The position numbers were made by a program, and so were the translations under genes. Shown one piece after another: positions 10,218 to 19,662 of a DNA stretch of 64,000 bases; position 1 is the stretch's first letter, and each line of letters opens with the position of its first letter. The stretch lies in contig CAVPZP010000045.1 in the NCBI GenBank assembly GCA_963710215.1, positions 25,256-89,255 of the forward strand, given 5' to 3'. Below the pieces are notes generated by a model. That model ran no database searches, was not told the DNA's origin, and saw only the letters and a list, made by a program, of their open reading frames with translations. The stretch is from Lewinellaceae bacterium. GTDB taxonomy: Bacteria; Bacteroidota; Bacteroidia; Chitinophagales; Saprospiraceae.

Positions 10218-11261
10218 TTACTCCGGCAGCGTGATTTGGCCGTCTTTGCTGAGCAGGATGGCGACGGCCTGGGTGGAGGGGAACTGGGAGCAGACGATGA
10301 TGATGGCGACCGTGATGGGGACGCAGAGGATCATGCCGACGATGCCCCAGAGCATGGACCAGAGGATGAGGGAGAGGATGACCACCAGGGGGCTGATGTT
10401 GAGCGTGTCGCCCATGAGGCGGGGTTCGAGGAGGTTGCCGACGACGACCTGGACGGCGGTGACGCCGAAGATGACGACGAAGAACGGCGTGAGGTATTCG
10501 AACTGGAGCAGGGCGAGCAGGGCCGGCAGGAGGGTGGCGGTGACCGAGCCGATGGTGGGGATATAGTTGAACAGGAAGATGAGGAAGGCCCAGAAGAGGG
10601 CGAAATCGAGGCCGAGGATTTCGAGAACGACGTAGCTGAGTACGGCGGTGAGCAGGCTGGTGAACGTCTTGACGCCCAGGTAGGTGCGCATGGCCGTGTT
10701 GATGTGGTCGAGGATGCGGCGCAGGCGGCCGTACTGGCGGTCGGTCATGTTGAGGGCGCGGAGTTTGCGCGGGAAGGCCCCCTGCTCGATGATGAGGAAG
10801 ATGAGGTAGAGCAGGACGATGAGGAAGTTTTTGGCCGCCGAGGTGACGCCGTTGAGCACCGGGGTGAGGTACTGCTGGAGGCGGATGGTCTGGGTGAGCA
10901 TGTTGATGGTGGGGGCCTCCTGTTCCATGCCGACGAGGCCGTAGGCCCGGCGGAGCTGGGCGTTGAGGTTGACCTGGTAGTCGGGCGCGGCGATGATGAG
11001 GGACTCGACGTTCTGCACGATCAGATCGCCGACCACGTAGAGCGACAGGACGATGAAGGTGGTGGACATGGTGAGCGTGAGCCAGTTGGGCAACCGAAAG
11101 CGCGACCCCGGCAGGGTGCGGAACTGCTCGTTGACGGCGTTGACGATGTACCAGAAAAGTAACGCCAGAAAGAGTGGAATGAAGAACGCCTTGCCGATGA
11201 TGATCAGGACGATGACCAGGGCGATGGAGATGAGCCAGGCGGCGACCCGAATGATTTGCAT
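10218..11261 (-). CDS. AI-2E family (PerM/YhhT) transporter
   Basis: Multi-TM; FLFNYIPTIGS, GNLLEPRLMGDTLNISPLVV, LWGIVGMILCVP; ATG at 11261 preferred. Confidence 0.9.
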   Translation of the reverse strand: MQIIRVAAWLISIALVIVLIIIGKAFFIPLFLALLFWYIVNAVNEQFRTLPGSRFRLPNWLTLTMSTTFIVLSLYVVGDLIVQNVESLIIAAPDYQVNLNAQLRRAYGLVGMEQEAPTINMLTQTIRLQQYLTPVLNGVTSAAKNFLIVLLYLIFLIIEQGAFPRKLRALNMTDRQYGRLRRILDHINTAMRTYLGVKTFTSLLTAVLSYVVLEILGLDFALFWAFLIFLFNYIPTIGSVTATLLPALLALLQFEYLTPFFVVIFGVTAVQVVVGNLLEPRLMGDTLNISPLVVILSLILWSMLWGIVGMILCVPITVAIIIVCSQFPSTQAVAILLSKDGQITLPE

Positions 11262-11377
11262 GGTGGTAAAGGAAAGGTGGTGACCGGGGCGGGCGGATAG
11301 TCGCCGCACCCGGGAAAGTAACGGCGCGAGACGGGAATATGTCAATGAAGACGATAGAAAAAATGGAGGTTGTGCCA

Positions 11378-11422
11378 AATAAAAAATCCCTCGCCCGATC
11401 CGGTTGGATCGAACGAGGGATT
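11378..11422 (-). terminator. Intrinsic terminator of the fasciclin gene
   Basis: AATCCCTCG...GATCC-loop-GGATC...CGAGGGATT followed by a T-run on the minus strand. Confidence 0.75.
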
Positions 11423-11467
11423 GGCGGTTGGCTCATCGAGTGAGCTAACTAACTGATGAATACCGAA

Positions 11468-12436
11468 CTAGGGCAACAACAGTTGATCAATGGCGTGAAT
11501 GGTACCGTTGATGGCGGTAACGTTCAGGATGATGATGTTGGCCGTAGAGTTAGCGGCGGTAATGCGCGGGTTGGCACCGCTTACATTGAATGAAAGCGTG
11601 CCGCCGCCTACCGGGTTGGCGGTGGTGGAGTTGGTGATGCTTTCGGCGCGCACTTCCGTGCTGAGTACATGGTTTCTCAGAATGCCGGCGAGCATTTCAT
11701 CGGAGATGTCGTCCAAATCATCAAAATCATCGTCTTCGTCCTCATCCAAAAACGCCTGGAAGGCGGCATTGGTGGGGGCGAAAATAGTGATGGGCGAGGT
11801 GGGGGTGGCACCGGCCAGCAGCGCGGAAATGGAACCGTCGGCATCGGCACGATCAATAGCGGCTACCAGGGTGCTGAAACGCGGATCGGCGTTGGCAAAG
11901 GTGAGCAGCGTGGGCAAGCCCAGAACGGCGTCGATGGTGTGAACGGTACCGTCTTCGGTGTCCTGGTCGGCGCGGATCACGTTGGCCTGGCCGTTTACGC
12001 GGACCGTACCATTGGTGGTGGTCACGAATACATCGGTTGCGAAATCTCCGCGATCGTTGATGGTTTTGTAGTAGCCGGGGTTGGCAAAATCGGCACCCCG
12101 CTTTTCGTCATCGTCTAGGATATGGCCGCGAAGCGTACCTTCCAGGGCGAGGGCGGGAACGTCTTCCAAATCATCGAAGTTATTGATGTCAAGGAAAGCC
12201 TGGTAAGCACCGTTAGTGGGCGCGAAGAAGGTAGTGGACGCATTAAAGAGGCGAATATTGGCGATCAGATCGGCCTCGTCGAGGGCATCGCGGTGGGTGG
12301 TGAGGTCGGTACTGTTACGGAAGTACTCGATCACGCCATTGTCGGAGGGATCGTCGTCGTCATCGCAGGAAGAGACGAAAGTAACGGAAAAGACGCAGAG
12401 GAGGGCAAGTGCCCAGAGATGAAGTTTACGTTGCAT
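11468..12436 (-). CDS. Fasciclin (FAS1) double-domain lipoprotein
   Basis: Lipobox FVSSC followed by DDDDD; two FAPTN motifs; GTVHTIDAVL and NGTIHAIDQLL. Confidence 0.9.
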   Translation of the reverse strand: MQRKLHLWALALLCVFSVTFVSSCDDDDDPSDNGVIEYFRNSTDLTTHRDALDEADLIANIRLFNASTTFFAPTNGAYQAFLDINNFDDLEDVPALALEGTLRGHILDDDEKRGADFANPGYYKTINDRGDFATDVFVTTTNGTVRVNGQANVIRADQDTEDGTVHTIDAVLGLPTLLTFANADPRFSTLVAAIDRADADGSISALLAGATPTSPITIFAPTNAAFQAFLDEDEDDDFDDLDDISDEMLAGILRNHVLSTEVRAESITNSTTANPVGGGTLSFNVSGANPRITAANSTANIIILNVTAINGTIHAIDQLLLP

Positions 12437-12819
12437 ATTTGGTTGCTGTTTGAAACGGTTTTGGTCCGTATGTGTGATTGTGATATGTACTGGTCTAACT
12501 AGCCGGTTCGGAGTGATGTTCGGGAGTGCGTTTGATTTTAACACTGCGGTAACAAATCATAATTGACTGTAATGCAACTATTTAGTTTAACCCAATTACA
12601 TATCTCGCGACGATTTTCGATTGCCTGGCTACGTATATTCAAACTATTTACACCTTGATTCGTGACACACCATTTGCTATGTACTGTAAATTTATTTCAG
12701 GCAAAATTTTAATCGGTGCCCACCATTTTTGCGGGGGGCTGCATCTCTAAAGTCATACCAACGACGTTTGGGCGGCCGCTAACGAACCGCCCCGCCCCGC
12801 GTCTTAAAATTCCTTTTCG

Positions 12820-13694
12820 ATGGATTTCTCCTTCCCCGCCGACCGGCTACTGCCGGCGCTCGGCCTGCTATTGCTCGGCACCATCCTGCTGGTTGCCTTC
12901 TGCGCTACCGCTTGCACCACGCCCGCCCGTCTGACCGGGACAGCCGCACCAAACTGGCCGGGGCGGATGCGTTCCGCCTGTCGGGCACCTTTTACCGCTA
13001 CGGCCTGGTAGCCGCCCTGGCGGTGGCGTTACTGACGCTCAACTTCAGCCGCGTGGAACCCGAATACGATTACGTCATCAATTACGACGAGATCACGGAG
13101 CTGGACGTGGCACCGCCCATCACCCGCCTCGATCCGCCGCCCCCTCCCCCACCGCCGCCGCCGCCCACCATCGAGGTGTCGGACGAGGTGTTGGAAGACA
13201 CCCCTGCTTTCGTGGATAACTTCGTGGACCCGAACGAGGCGATCGTACCGCCCGCGCCGCCCTCACTGGCTCCAACGGCACCGCCTCCCCCACCGCCGCC
13301 GCCGCCCGCGCCGGAGATTTCCGACGCTCCCCTCATCATCGCCGAGCGGATGCCCGTATTCGGTACCGCCTGCCGGGAGATCGACAACGCCGAAGAACGC
13401 CGCCAGTGTAGCGACCGCGCCCTGATGGAGTTCATCTATAAGGAGATCAAGTACCCCGCCATTGCCCGCGAGAATGGCGTGCAGGGAATGGTTGTGGTCA
13501 GTTTCACGGTGGAAAGGGACGGTTCCGTCTCCGACATCACCATCGCCCGCGACCAGGGTGCCGGCCTGGGGGCGGAAGCCGCCCGCGTGGTCCGGCTCAT
13601 CAATGAGGGGACGGATCGTTTCCAGGCCGGGCGCCAGCGCGGCCGGCCGGTGCGGGTGCGGTTTAATTTGCCGGTGAAGTTTCAGTTGGAGTGA
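12820..13694 (+). CDS. tonB: Energy transducer TonB (apparent 1-nt frameshift at ~12900)
   Basis: N-terminal TM in the 12820 frame joins the 12912 frame (TM, Pro-rich spacer, YPAIARENGVQGMVVVSFTV...FNLPVKFQLE) if one C is restored in TTC(C)TGCGC. Confidence 0.8.
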
Positions 13695-13696
13695 AA

Positions 13697-14161
13697 ATGA
13701 TCATCATGCGCTACCTAATCACCACTACCCTACTCCTCCTCTTCCTAAGCGATTTACCGGCCCAGGAACCGCCCCGGATGAAACCTTGCCCACCGGAAAT
13801 GTTATGCAACTATGAAACAATGCCGCTCTTCATCGGTGACTGCCGGCGGGAAAATTACGCGTTGAAGAAGAGATGCGGGGATAGTACGCTGCTGGCTTTC
13901 ATCTATTCCCGGATAACGTATCCTCCGCGCACTAGAAATATGTGCGTTGAAGGAGTGGCAGTTATCCAATTCACTATCGGGATCGACGGCTGCATTTCCA
14001 ATCTCAAACTGGTTCGTGATCCAGGGCAGGGGCTGGGGGAGGAAGCATTCCGGGTAGTCGGCTTGATCAACAGTGAATCTTCGGGCTTCGAGCCGGGCAG
14101 AATGATGAACCGGCCGGTGGAGGTGCTCTATAATCTGCCGGTGAAGTTTAAATTGGAGTGA
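13697..14161 (+). CDS. Stand-alone TonB C-terminal domain protein with signal peptide
   Basis: Signal peptide ending LPAQ; ITYP...VEGVAVIQFTIGIDG...YNLPVKFKLE. Confidence 0.8.
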   Translation: MIIMRYLITTTLLLLFLSDLPAQEPPRMKPCPPEMLCNYETMPLFIGDCRRENYALKKRCGDSTLLAFIYSRITYPPRTRNMCVEGVAVIQFTIGIDGCISNLKLVRDPGQGLGEEAFRVVGLINSESSGFEPGRMMNRPVEVLYNLPVKFKLE

Positions 14162-14163
14162 AA

Positions 14164-14628
14164 ATGATCATCATGCGCTACTTGATTACTGCTGCGTTGT
14201 TACTCGCCGTCCAGTGCGGTCTGCCGGGGCAAAAGCCAGTGCCGGCTGCCGAGGAAGTATTTCTCACTTCTGAAGTACCCCCGCTCTTTCTGGAAGGCTG
14301 CGAAGACGTGGCGGATGAAGCGGAGCGCAAGCGGTGTAGCGATTTCGCTTTGAATAATTTCATTTACCGCCATATTGAATTCTCCTTATTTCAGAAGTAT
14401 CAGTTCGCAAACAGCCTGTTTGTTGTTCTCTCATTTGTTATAGAAAAAGATGGCGGTATCTCTAACATCAAGGTAGTTTGGGATAATAGCGATGGATCAT
14501 TGGGTCTGGAAATTGAAAGAGCAGCCGCTCGAATCAATTCGGACTCAGCCGGATTTCAACCGGGCACCATGTACGGGAAACCGGTAGCGGTTCGCTACCA
14601 TATGCCGTTTCGGATCTGTTTAGAGTAA
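14164..14628 (+). CDS. Divergent stand-alone TonB C-terminal domain protein with signal peptide
   Basis: Same MIIMRYLIT start; VVLSFVIEKDGGISNIKVV...FQPGTMYGKPVAVRYHMPF. Confidence 0.75.
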   Translation: MIIMRYLITAALLLAVQCGLPGQKPVPAAEEVFLTSEVPPLFLEGCEDVADEAERKRCSDFALNNFIYRHIEFSLFQKYQFANSLFVVLSFVIEKDGGISNIKVVWDNSDGSLGLEIERAAARINSDSAGFQPGTMYGKPVAVRYHMPFRICLE

Positions 14629-14711
14629 GCGTTTACAAAAGCTTGCCGACCAGAGGTGCCGGCATCCTTATGTCTCGCGACCGGAGGTCACACGCCGCGC
14701 ACGACCGGAGA

Positions 14712-16439
14712 TCACACGCCGGTGCGCTCCCCCAACCGCTCCCGCATCTCCCCCAACTCCCGCTTTACCTCCTTATACTGCCCCTCCAAAATCTGCAACG
14801 TCCGCTCTTCCCGCTCCAGCAGATCGTCAAAACGATTAAAATTGGCCGCAATCCGCTGCTTCAATTGCAGAATATAGCCTTTCAGCCGCTTTACCAGCTC
14901 ATCATGTAGGCGTACGCGGCCCTCGGTCACTTCCGCCTCGAAACCGGCTACTATCTTGCGCCGCTTCGAGGCCGTGCTCACGCCCGCGAATAGCAGTCCC
15001 ACGCTGGTCAGCAGGCCGCCCGTCACGTCCAGGAACGGTACCGTGCTGGCCGCCATCAAAATCGCCCCCACCACCGCTATCCCGCCGCCGGCGGCCAGGT
15101 TCGGGGCCAAATTATCGCGCTCGGAAAACAGTCGCTCGTCCTGAAACGAATCCGTCCGGCTGATGAAACGGTTAAACTGGTCCTGCAAATCCCGCAGCAC
15201 GTTCTCGCGCCGCTCCGCGATGTCGGAAAAAATATCGTGGTCGTTACTCAGAATCGTCTTACTCGACCGGATCTTCAGGTCAATCACCTTCGCCATCTGC
15301 TGAATGCTCTCGGCCAGGTCCACCACCCCCTCGTTCAGGCGGCCGCGCAGTTGCGTATTCAGGTCTTCTTCCAGTTGCTTACTCAGCCCGTCCAGCCATT
15401 CCTTCGCCCCCGGTGCCGACCCGAAGGTGGAGGCAAACCCCCGCTTCACGATCCCGAAAAACGACAGCCCGTCGCGCAGTTCCGCCAGGTGCTTGTGGGT
15501 AATTCCATCATAGGCCAGCAGCGTATTCTCCACCAGCAAATCCACCTGCCGGTTGCTGTTGCGCTCCTGATCGTCCAGCGTCTCGCTAATATCCGCCCGG
15601 AAAATCGTGTCGGCTTCAAACTGCCGGCGGCGGTCGTCCAGCCCATCCGCAATCCGCCCGTTAATCGTCTGCGCCGTCTCCACCGAGTTGATCAGCTTCA
15701 GCCGCGGGGCCTTGCCGCCCGTTATGTTGTCGGCAATGTATTTCCGCAGTTTCGCAAAGCCCGAATCAGCCTTCCCCGCCATATCGTCCTTGGCCGACAC
15801 CGAAAAAACCTGCGGGTCTTCCAGCCCCTTCTTCTTCGCCTGCTCGGCCACGCCCGCCTGGTTCACCGCCAGATCGGCCGCGTCCATCAGGTCTTTCTGT
15901 TGCAGCACGAACACAATCTTCTTCTGCCAATCCTGGTGGATGTAATCAAAAAACTCCCACGCCGACTGCCGGTACGGGTTCTTCGCCTCAAACACAAACA
16001 CGATCAGGTCCGACGCCGGAATAAACCGCTCCGTTATCTCCTGGTGGTGCTCCACAATCGTATTCGTCCCCGGCGTATCCACAATCGCAATTTCGCGCAG
16101 TATCTCAACGGGCAAAAAAATCTTTTTCAAATACTTATTGATCGTCACCACCTCCCGCTCCTCGCCGTACAAAATCTGCTGGATCGTGTCCGTCATCGGC
16201 TGCGGTGCCGCCTTGGCAATCTCCTCGCCCGTGTCCAGCAGCGCATTCACGAAACTGCTTTTACCGGCCTTCACCTCCCCCACAATCACAAACATAAACG
16301 GCTCGTGCAGCCGGTTACGCAGGTCGCTCACCGTCGTCGCCAACTCCGCATGGCCGATCCGCTCGGTCAGCTCGTGCAGGTTCTTCACTATCTCGTCCAG
16401 TCGCGCCCGCTGGGCCTGGTATTTATCGTCAATCAGCAT
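14712..16439 (-). CDS. Bacterial dynamin-like GTPase
   Basis: G1 GEVKAGKSS, G3 IVDTPG, G4-like QQKD; helical stalk and hydrophobic paddle near C-terminus. Confidence 0.85.
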   Translation of the reverse strand: MLIDDKYQAQRARLDEIVKNLHELTERIGHAELATTVSDLRNRLHEPFMFVIVGEVKAGKSSFVNALLDTGEEIAKAAPQPMTDTIQQILYGEEREVVTINKYLKKIFLPVEILREIAIVDTPGTNTIVEHHQEITERFIPASDLIVFVFEAKNPYRQSAWEFFDYIHQDWQKKIVFVLQQKDLMDAADLAVNQAGVAEQAKKKGLEDPQVFSVSAKDDMAGKADSGFAKLRKYIADNITGGKAPRLKLINSVETAQTINGRIADGLDDRRRQFEADTIFRADISETLDDQERNSNRQVDLLVENTLLAYDGITHKHLAELRDGLSFFGIVKRGFASTFGSAPGAKEWLDGLSKQLEEDLNTQLRGRLNEGVVDLAESIQQMAKVIDLKIRSSKTILSNDHDIFSDIAERRENVLRDLQDQFNRFISRTDSFQDERLFSERDNLAPNLAAGGGIAVVGAILMAASTVPFLDVTGGLLTSVGLLFAGVSTASKRRKIVAGFEAEVTEGRVRLHDELVKRLKGYILQLKQRIAANFNRFDDLLEREERTLQILEGQYKEVKRELGEMRERLGERTGV

Positions 16440-16480
16440 GGCCGCAAGTTACGTAGTTTGTAGCGGAGCCGCGTAATTTA

Positions 16481-16561
16481 GTAGCAGGCTGCGCCTTTGG
16501 TAATTACCTGCGGTGATCGTCGCAGGCTCCTCGGAATTTTTGTACTTTCGTATCAGCCTAC
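16481..16561 (+). repeat. Multi-hairpin repeat family 2 copy
   Basis: GGTAATTACCTGCGGTGATCGTCGCA...GCCTAC. Confidence 0.7.
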
Positions 16562-16600
16562 GCGTACGCCAGGTCATGGGAGGATGAGAGGGCGTACACG

Positions 16601-17036
16601 CCGCTCAGGTCGAGGACGTTCACGTCCGTGGCGTAACAAAAAGGAGAAGCCAGTATATACAAGGTGTTATGCGTTCCCTAACTGACGCGGCCACCCACCC
16701 GGGTAAAGCGATACTTTAATTTGAAACCGGTTTGGCCGTGTCGCCGGCTAATGCCGCCGCCGGTCCCCTCCGGGCTTCGCTGATCGCTCGGCACTGCGTG
16801 CGCTAACGCCCCTGCGGGCACCTCACGCTAGTCAATAAGTGAACTTAAAACGACTTCATCGGGCCTTGGACCATTAAAGGTCGAGGACGTTCACGTCTGA
16901 GGCGTAAACTGTGTTAACCGCTCGTACCACATCCAGCCGGCTGCGCCGCCCTGCTCGGACGTGGACGTCCTCGACCTGAGCGGCGTAGGCAACCGGCTGC
17001 GCCTGCCGGCTCGGACCTAGAGGTCCACGACCTGAG
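16601..17036. repeat. CTCAGGTCGAGGACGTNCACGTCCGAG REP family, including an inverted doublet
   Basis: Copies at ~16601(+), ~16878(+), ~16953(-) and ~17009(-); doublet again at 22464/22545. Confidence 0.7.
16734..16828 (+). repeat. Flavo-1-like structured repeat, copy 4
   Basis: GGCCGTGTC...CCGGTCCCCTCCGGGCTTCGC...GCAC-TGC-GTGC...GGGCACCTCACGC. Confidence 0.8.
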
Positions 17037-17129
17037 TTCGTATATATGTAGGCTAAATCTAACTTACTAAATTACCAGCGGCATCGCCGCCGACTAACGT
17101 ACTACTCACTACGTACTAAATACTAAAAC

Positions 17130-17468
17130 ATGACCATCTCCTCCGCCCAAACCACCGTCCACCACTGGATTACCACCATCGGCCGCCGCTACTACAACGA
17201 ACTCACCAACACCGCCATCCTCACCGAGGAAGTCGGCGAGGTCGCCCGCCTCATGGCCCGCATCTACGGCGAGCAATCGTTCAAAAACCCCGCCGACGCC
17301 GAAACCGCCCCCGCCCAACTGGCCGACGAGATGGCCGACGTGCTCTTCGTCCTCATCTGCCTCGCCAACCAGACCGGTATCGATCTGACCGACGCGCTGG
17401 AAATAAATCTCACCAAAAAAACCGGCCGCGATCGCCAACGCCACGCCGCCAACCCCAAACTGGATTAG
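17130..17468 (+). CDS. MazG-like nucleotide pyrophosphohydrolase (YpjD type)
   Basis: LTEEVGEVAR...YGEQSFK...LADEMADVLFVLICLANQTGIDL. Confidence 0.9.
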   Translation: MTISSAQTTVHHWITTIGRRYYNELTNTAILTEEVGEVARLMARIYGEQSFKNPADAETAPAQLADEMADVLFVLICLANQTGIDLTDALEINLTKKTGRDRQRHAANPKLD

Positions 17469-17607
17469 GGCCAATTACTACCTTTGCCGCAAGCAACCAT
17501 GCTTGCAAAATCCCCCGCCCCGCAAAATAGCTCCCACCGATATAATCCGTACCGGCGGGGCTTGCCCCCGCCCGAGATGCCCAGGCATCTCCCCCACCTA
17601 ATCCCCC

Positions 17608-18807
17608 ATGACCCACCTCATCCTCTTCGATAACGACGTCCGCGAGCACCTCCTGCCGCTCACATTCCTGCGGCCCGTGGGCGATCTGCGCATCGGCATC
17701 CTCACCGTAGCCGAAAAATGGTCGCGTCGGCTGGACACCCCCGCTTCCTTTCTCACCCAGGATTACCTCGCCCCCCTCTTCCCCCTCGAATACGGTGACC
17801 ACAACCTCCTCATCAACGGCAGCCTGCTTCCCACCCCGGAACTAACCGAACTGATCCGTAACCTCATTCCCGGTCAGGCCGTCCTCCACCGGGGCGAACT
17901 ACTGGCCGCCTGCCTCGCCGAATCGGCCATGCAGGCCCTGCTCGACGACCGTGACTTCCCCGATCTCCAAGGGACCGAACTCGCCGCCACCGGCATCAGC
18001 CGCCTGCGCCGCCCCACCGATATCTTCATTCTCAACGAACAGGAGATCACCGCCGACTTCGAGCTACTCACCGCCGGCCGCATTTCCGCTCCACTGCCCG
18101 CCACCAACCTGCTGATCGGCCCGACCGACCGGCTTTTCATCGAACCCGGCGTAACCATCGAGGGCGTTACCCTCAACACCACCCAGGGCCCTATCTATCT
18201 AGGACGTGACGTGCTCGTCATGGAAGGCTGCCTGCTGCGCGGTCCCCTGGCGGCGGGCGAGCAAAGCGTCTTTAAGATGGGAGCAAAAGTGTACGGCCCT
18301 ACTACCCTCGGCCCCAATTGCAAGGTGGGCGGCGAAATCAACAACGTAGTCTTTCAGGCCAACTCCAACAAGGGCCACGAGGGTTACCTCGGCAACTCGG
18401 TCATTGGGGAGTGGTGTAACCTGGGCGCGGATACCAACTGCTCTAACCTGAAGAATAATTATGCCGAGGTACGGCTCTGGTCCTACCCCGAGGCGGAATT
18501 CGTGAGTACCGGACTGCAGTTCTGCGGCCTCATCATGGGCGACCACTGTAAGGTGGGCATCAATACCATGTTCAATACGGGTACGGTGGTGGGCGTGGCG
18601 GCTAATATTTTCGGCGCGGGCTTCGTGCGCAACTTCGTGCCCAGCTTTAGCTGGGGCGGGGCGGGCGTTCTCACTACTCACCGCCTGGACAAAGCCCTGG
18701 CCACGGCCGAACTGGTCTACGGCCGGCGGGGCAAAACCCTCGGTCCGGAAGAAGTGGCCGCATTGACGTCCGTGTTCGAGCGCACGGGGGAAAGCCGAGT
18801 GAAGTAA
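17608..18807 (+). CDS. GlmU-family putative sugar nucleotidyltransferase with hexapeptide repeats
   Basis: LLPLTFLRPVGDLRIGILT; SNKGHEGYLGNSVIGEWCNLGADTN. Confidence 0.88.
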   Translation: MTHLILFDNDVREHLLPLTFLRPVGDLRIGILTVAEKWSRRLDTPASFLTQDYLAPLFPLEYGDHNLLINGSLLPTPELTELIRNLIPGQAVLHRGELLAACLAESAMQALLDDRDFPDLQGTELAATGISRLRRPTDIFILNEQEITADFELLTAGRISAPLPATNLLIGPTDRLFIEPGVTIEGVTLNTTQGPIYLGRDVLVMEGCLLRGPLAAGEQSVFKMGAKVYGPTTLGPNCKVGGEINNVVFQANSNKGHEGYLGNSVIGEWCNLGADTNCSNLKNNYAEVRLWSYPEAEFVSTGLQFCGLIMGDHCKVGINTMFNTGTVVGVAANIFGAGFVRNFVPSFSWGGAGVLTTHRLDKALATAELVYGRRGKTLGPEEVAALTSVFERTGESRVK

Positions 18808-18820
18808 TTTAGACACGCTC
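18807..18820. mobile_element. Solo MITE terminal inverted repeat
   Basis: ATTTAGACACGCTC followed by TTA, matching the MITE end. Confidence 0.6.
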
Positions 18821-19297
18821 TTAAACCGCTCCCAGATCGGCACCGGCCGGGGCGTAGCGCTTGACCAATTCGATGAGTTGGGACTTCGATAGCTTAGCCA
18901 ACTGACTGTCCGAGGAACCTTTCTTTTCCTTCTTCTTACCCCTGGGCTGGTGATCGAACCGTCCAAGTTCTTCTTTGGTCGCTTCCTCCCGCAAAAGCAG
19001 TAGCAAGGCCGCCAAGTGTTTACAGGCGTCGGATGAGGGGCAATCGCAGTGGCCGCTTAACTCACTTTTCGTGCGATTCAGTTCCAGGTTGTAACGGCCA
19101 CTAACTCCGTAGGCATTAGCCAGTAGCTTACCCTGGACGATTTCCTGTAGCCCTATTTTATGGTGAGTGTAATACTCCCGACCCCGCCGAAACACCGTTT
19201 TCCCGAACAGCTCCCGCAGGTAGTTATCGGTGAGTTGGGCGACCAGTTCGACCAGCCAGTCGTCCGGGCTGAGTTGGTCCATGATAAATTGCGGCAT
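18821..19297 (-). CDS. SWIM zinc-finger protein (possibly 3'-truncated)
   Basis: FRRGREYY; CDCPSSDACKH (CxC...CxH). Confidence 0.8.
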   Translation of the reverse strand: MPQFIMDQLSPDDWLVELVAQLTDNYLRELFGKTVFRRGREYYTHHKIGLQEIVQGKLLANAYGVSGRYNLELNRTKSELSGHCDCPSSDACKHLAALLLLLREEATKEELGRFDHQPRGKKKEKKGSSDSQLAKLSKSQLIELVKRYAPAGADLGAV

Positions 19298-19483
19298 GGG
19301 GAAAGAATTAGTTTAGAGGCTCCAAGATACGTTTCTCCCCGGATTGTTGGATCATTCTTTTGTGATTTGTGAATTATTCCACACATAAACAGGTTTGACA
19401 TCTCATCTATTTAATTATGTTTGTTGTGCAAGTTTATTCAGGTTAACTTTCCTGTCCGCCGGTTTAATCATCTCACTGCCAGT

Positions 19484-19578
19484 GCGTGAGGTGCCCGCAA
19501 GGCCGTTAGGGTGCGTAGCACGGAGCGCAGCGAACCCTGGAGGGGACCGGCCCCATCCCGTAGGGTGGGGACACGCCC
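19484..19578 (-). repeat. Flavo-1-like structured repeat, copy 5
   Basis: GCGTGAGGTGCCC...GTGC-GTA-GCAC...GGGGACACGCCC. Confidence 0.8.
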
Positions 19579-19662
19579 CATAACCTCAGTAATGAATTAA
19601 TTTGCCGCCGCACCGCCCACAAAACCTAGAAAAGTCGTAAATTTCCGCACTATTTGTGTTAA

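Noticed and set aside
10213-11436. Long alternative-frame and antisense ORFs (also 15237-16463, 59106-60776, 61887-63482 and others)
   Set aside because: Shadow ORFs caused by high GC3 codon bias over genes with clear family motifs
14712-19297. Defence island (dynamin, MazG-like, SWIM)
   Set aside because: The MazG-like and GlmU-like genes look like Bacteroidota housekeeping types, the genes are not co-oriented, and there is no integrase or clear island boundary
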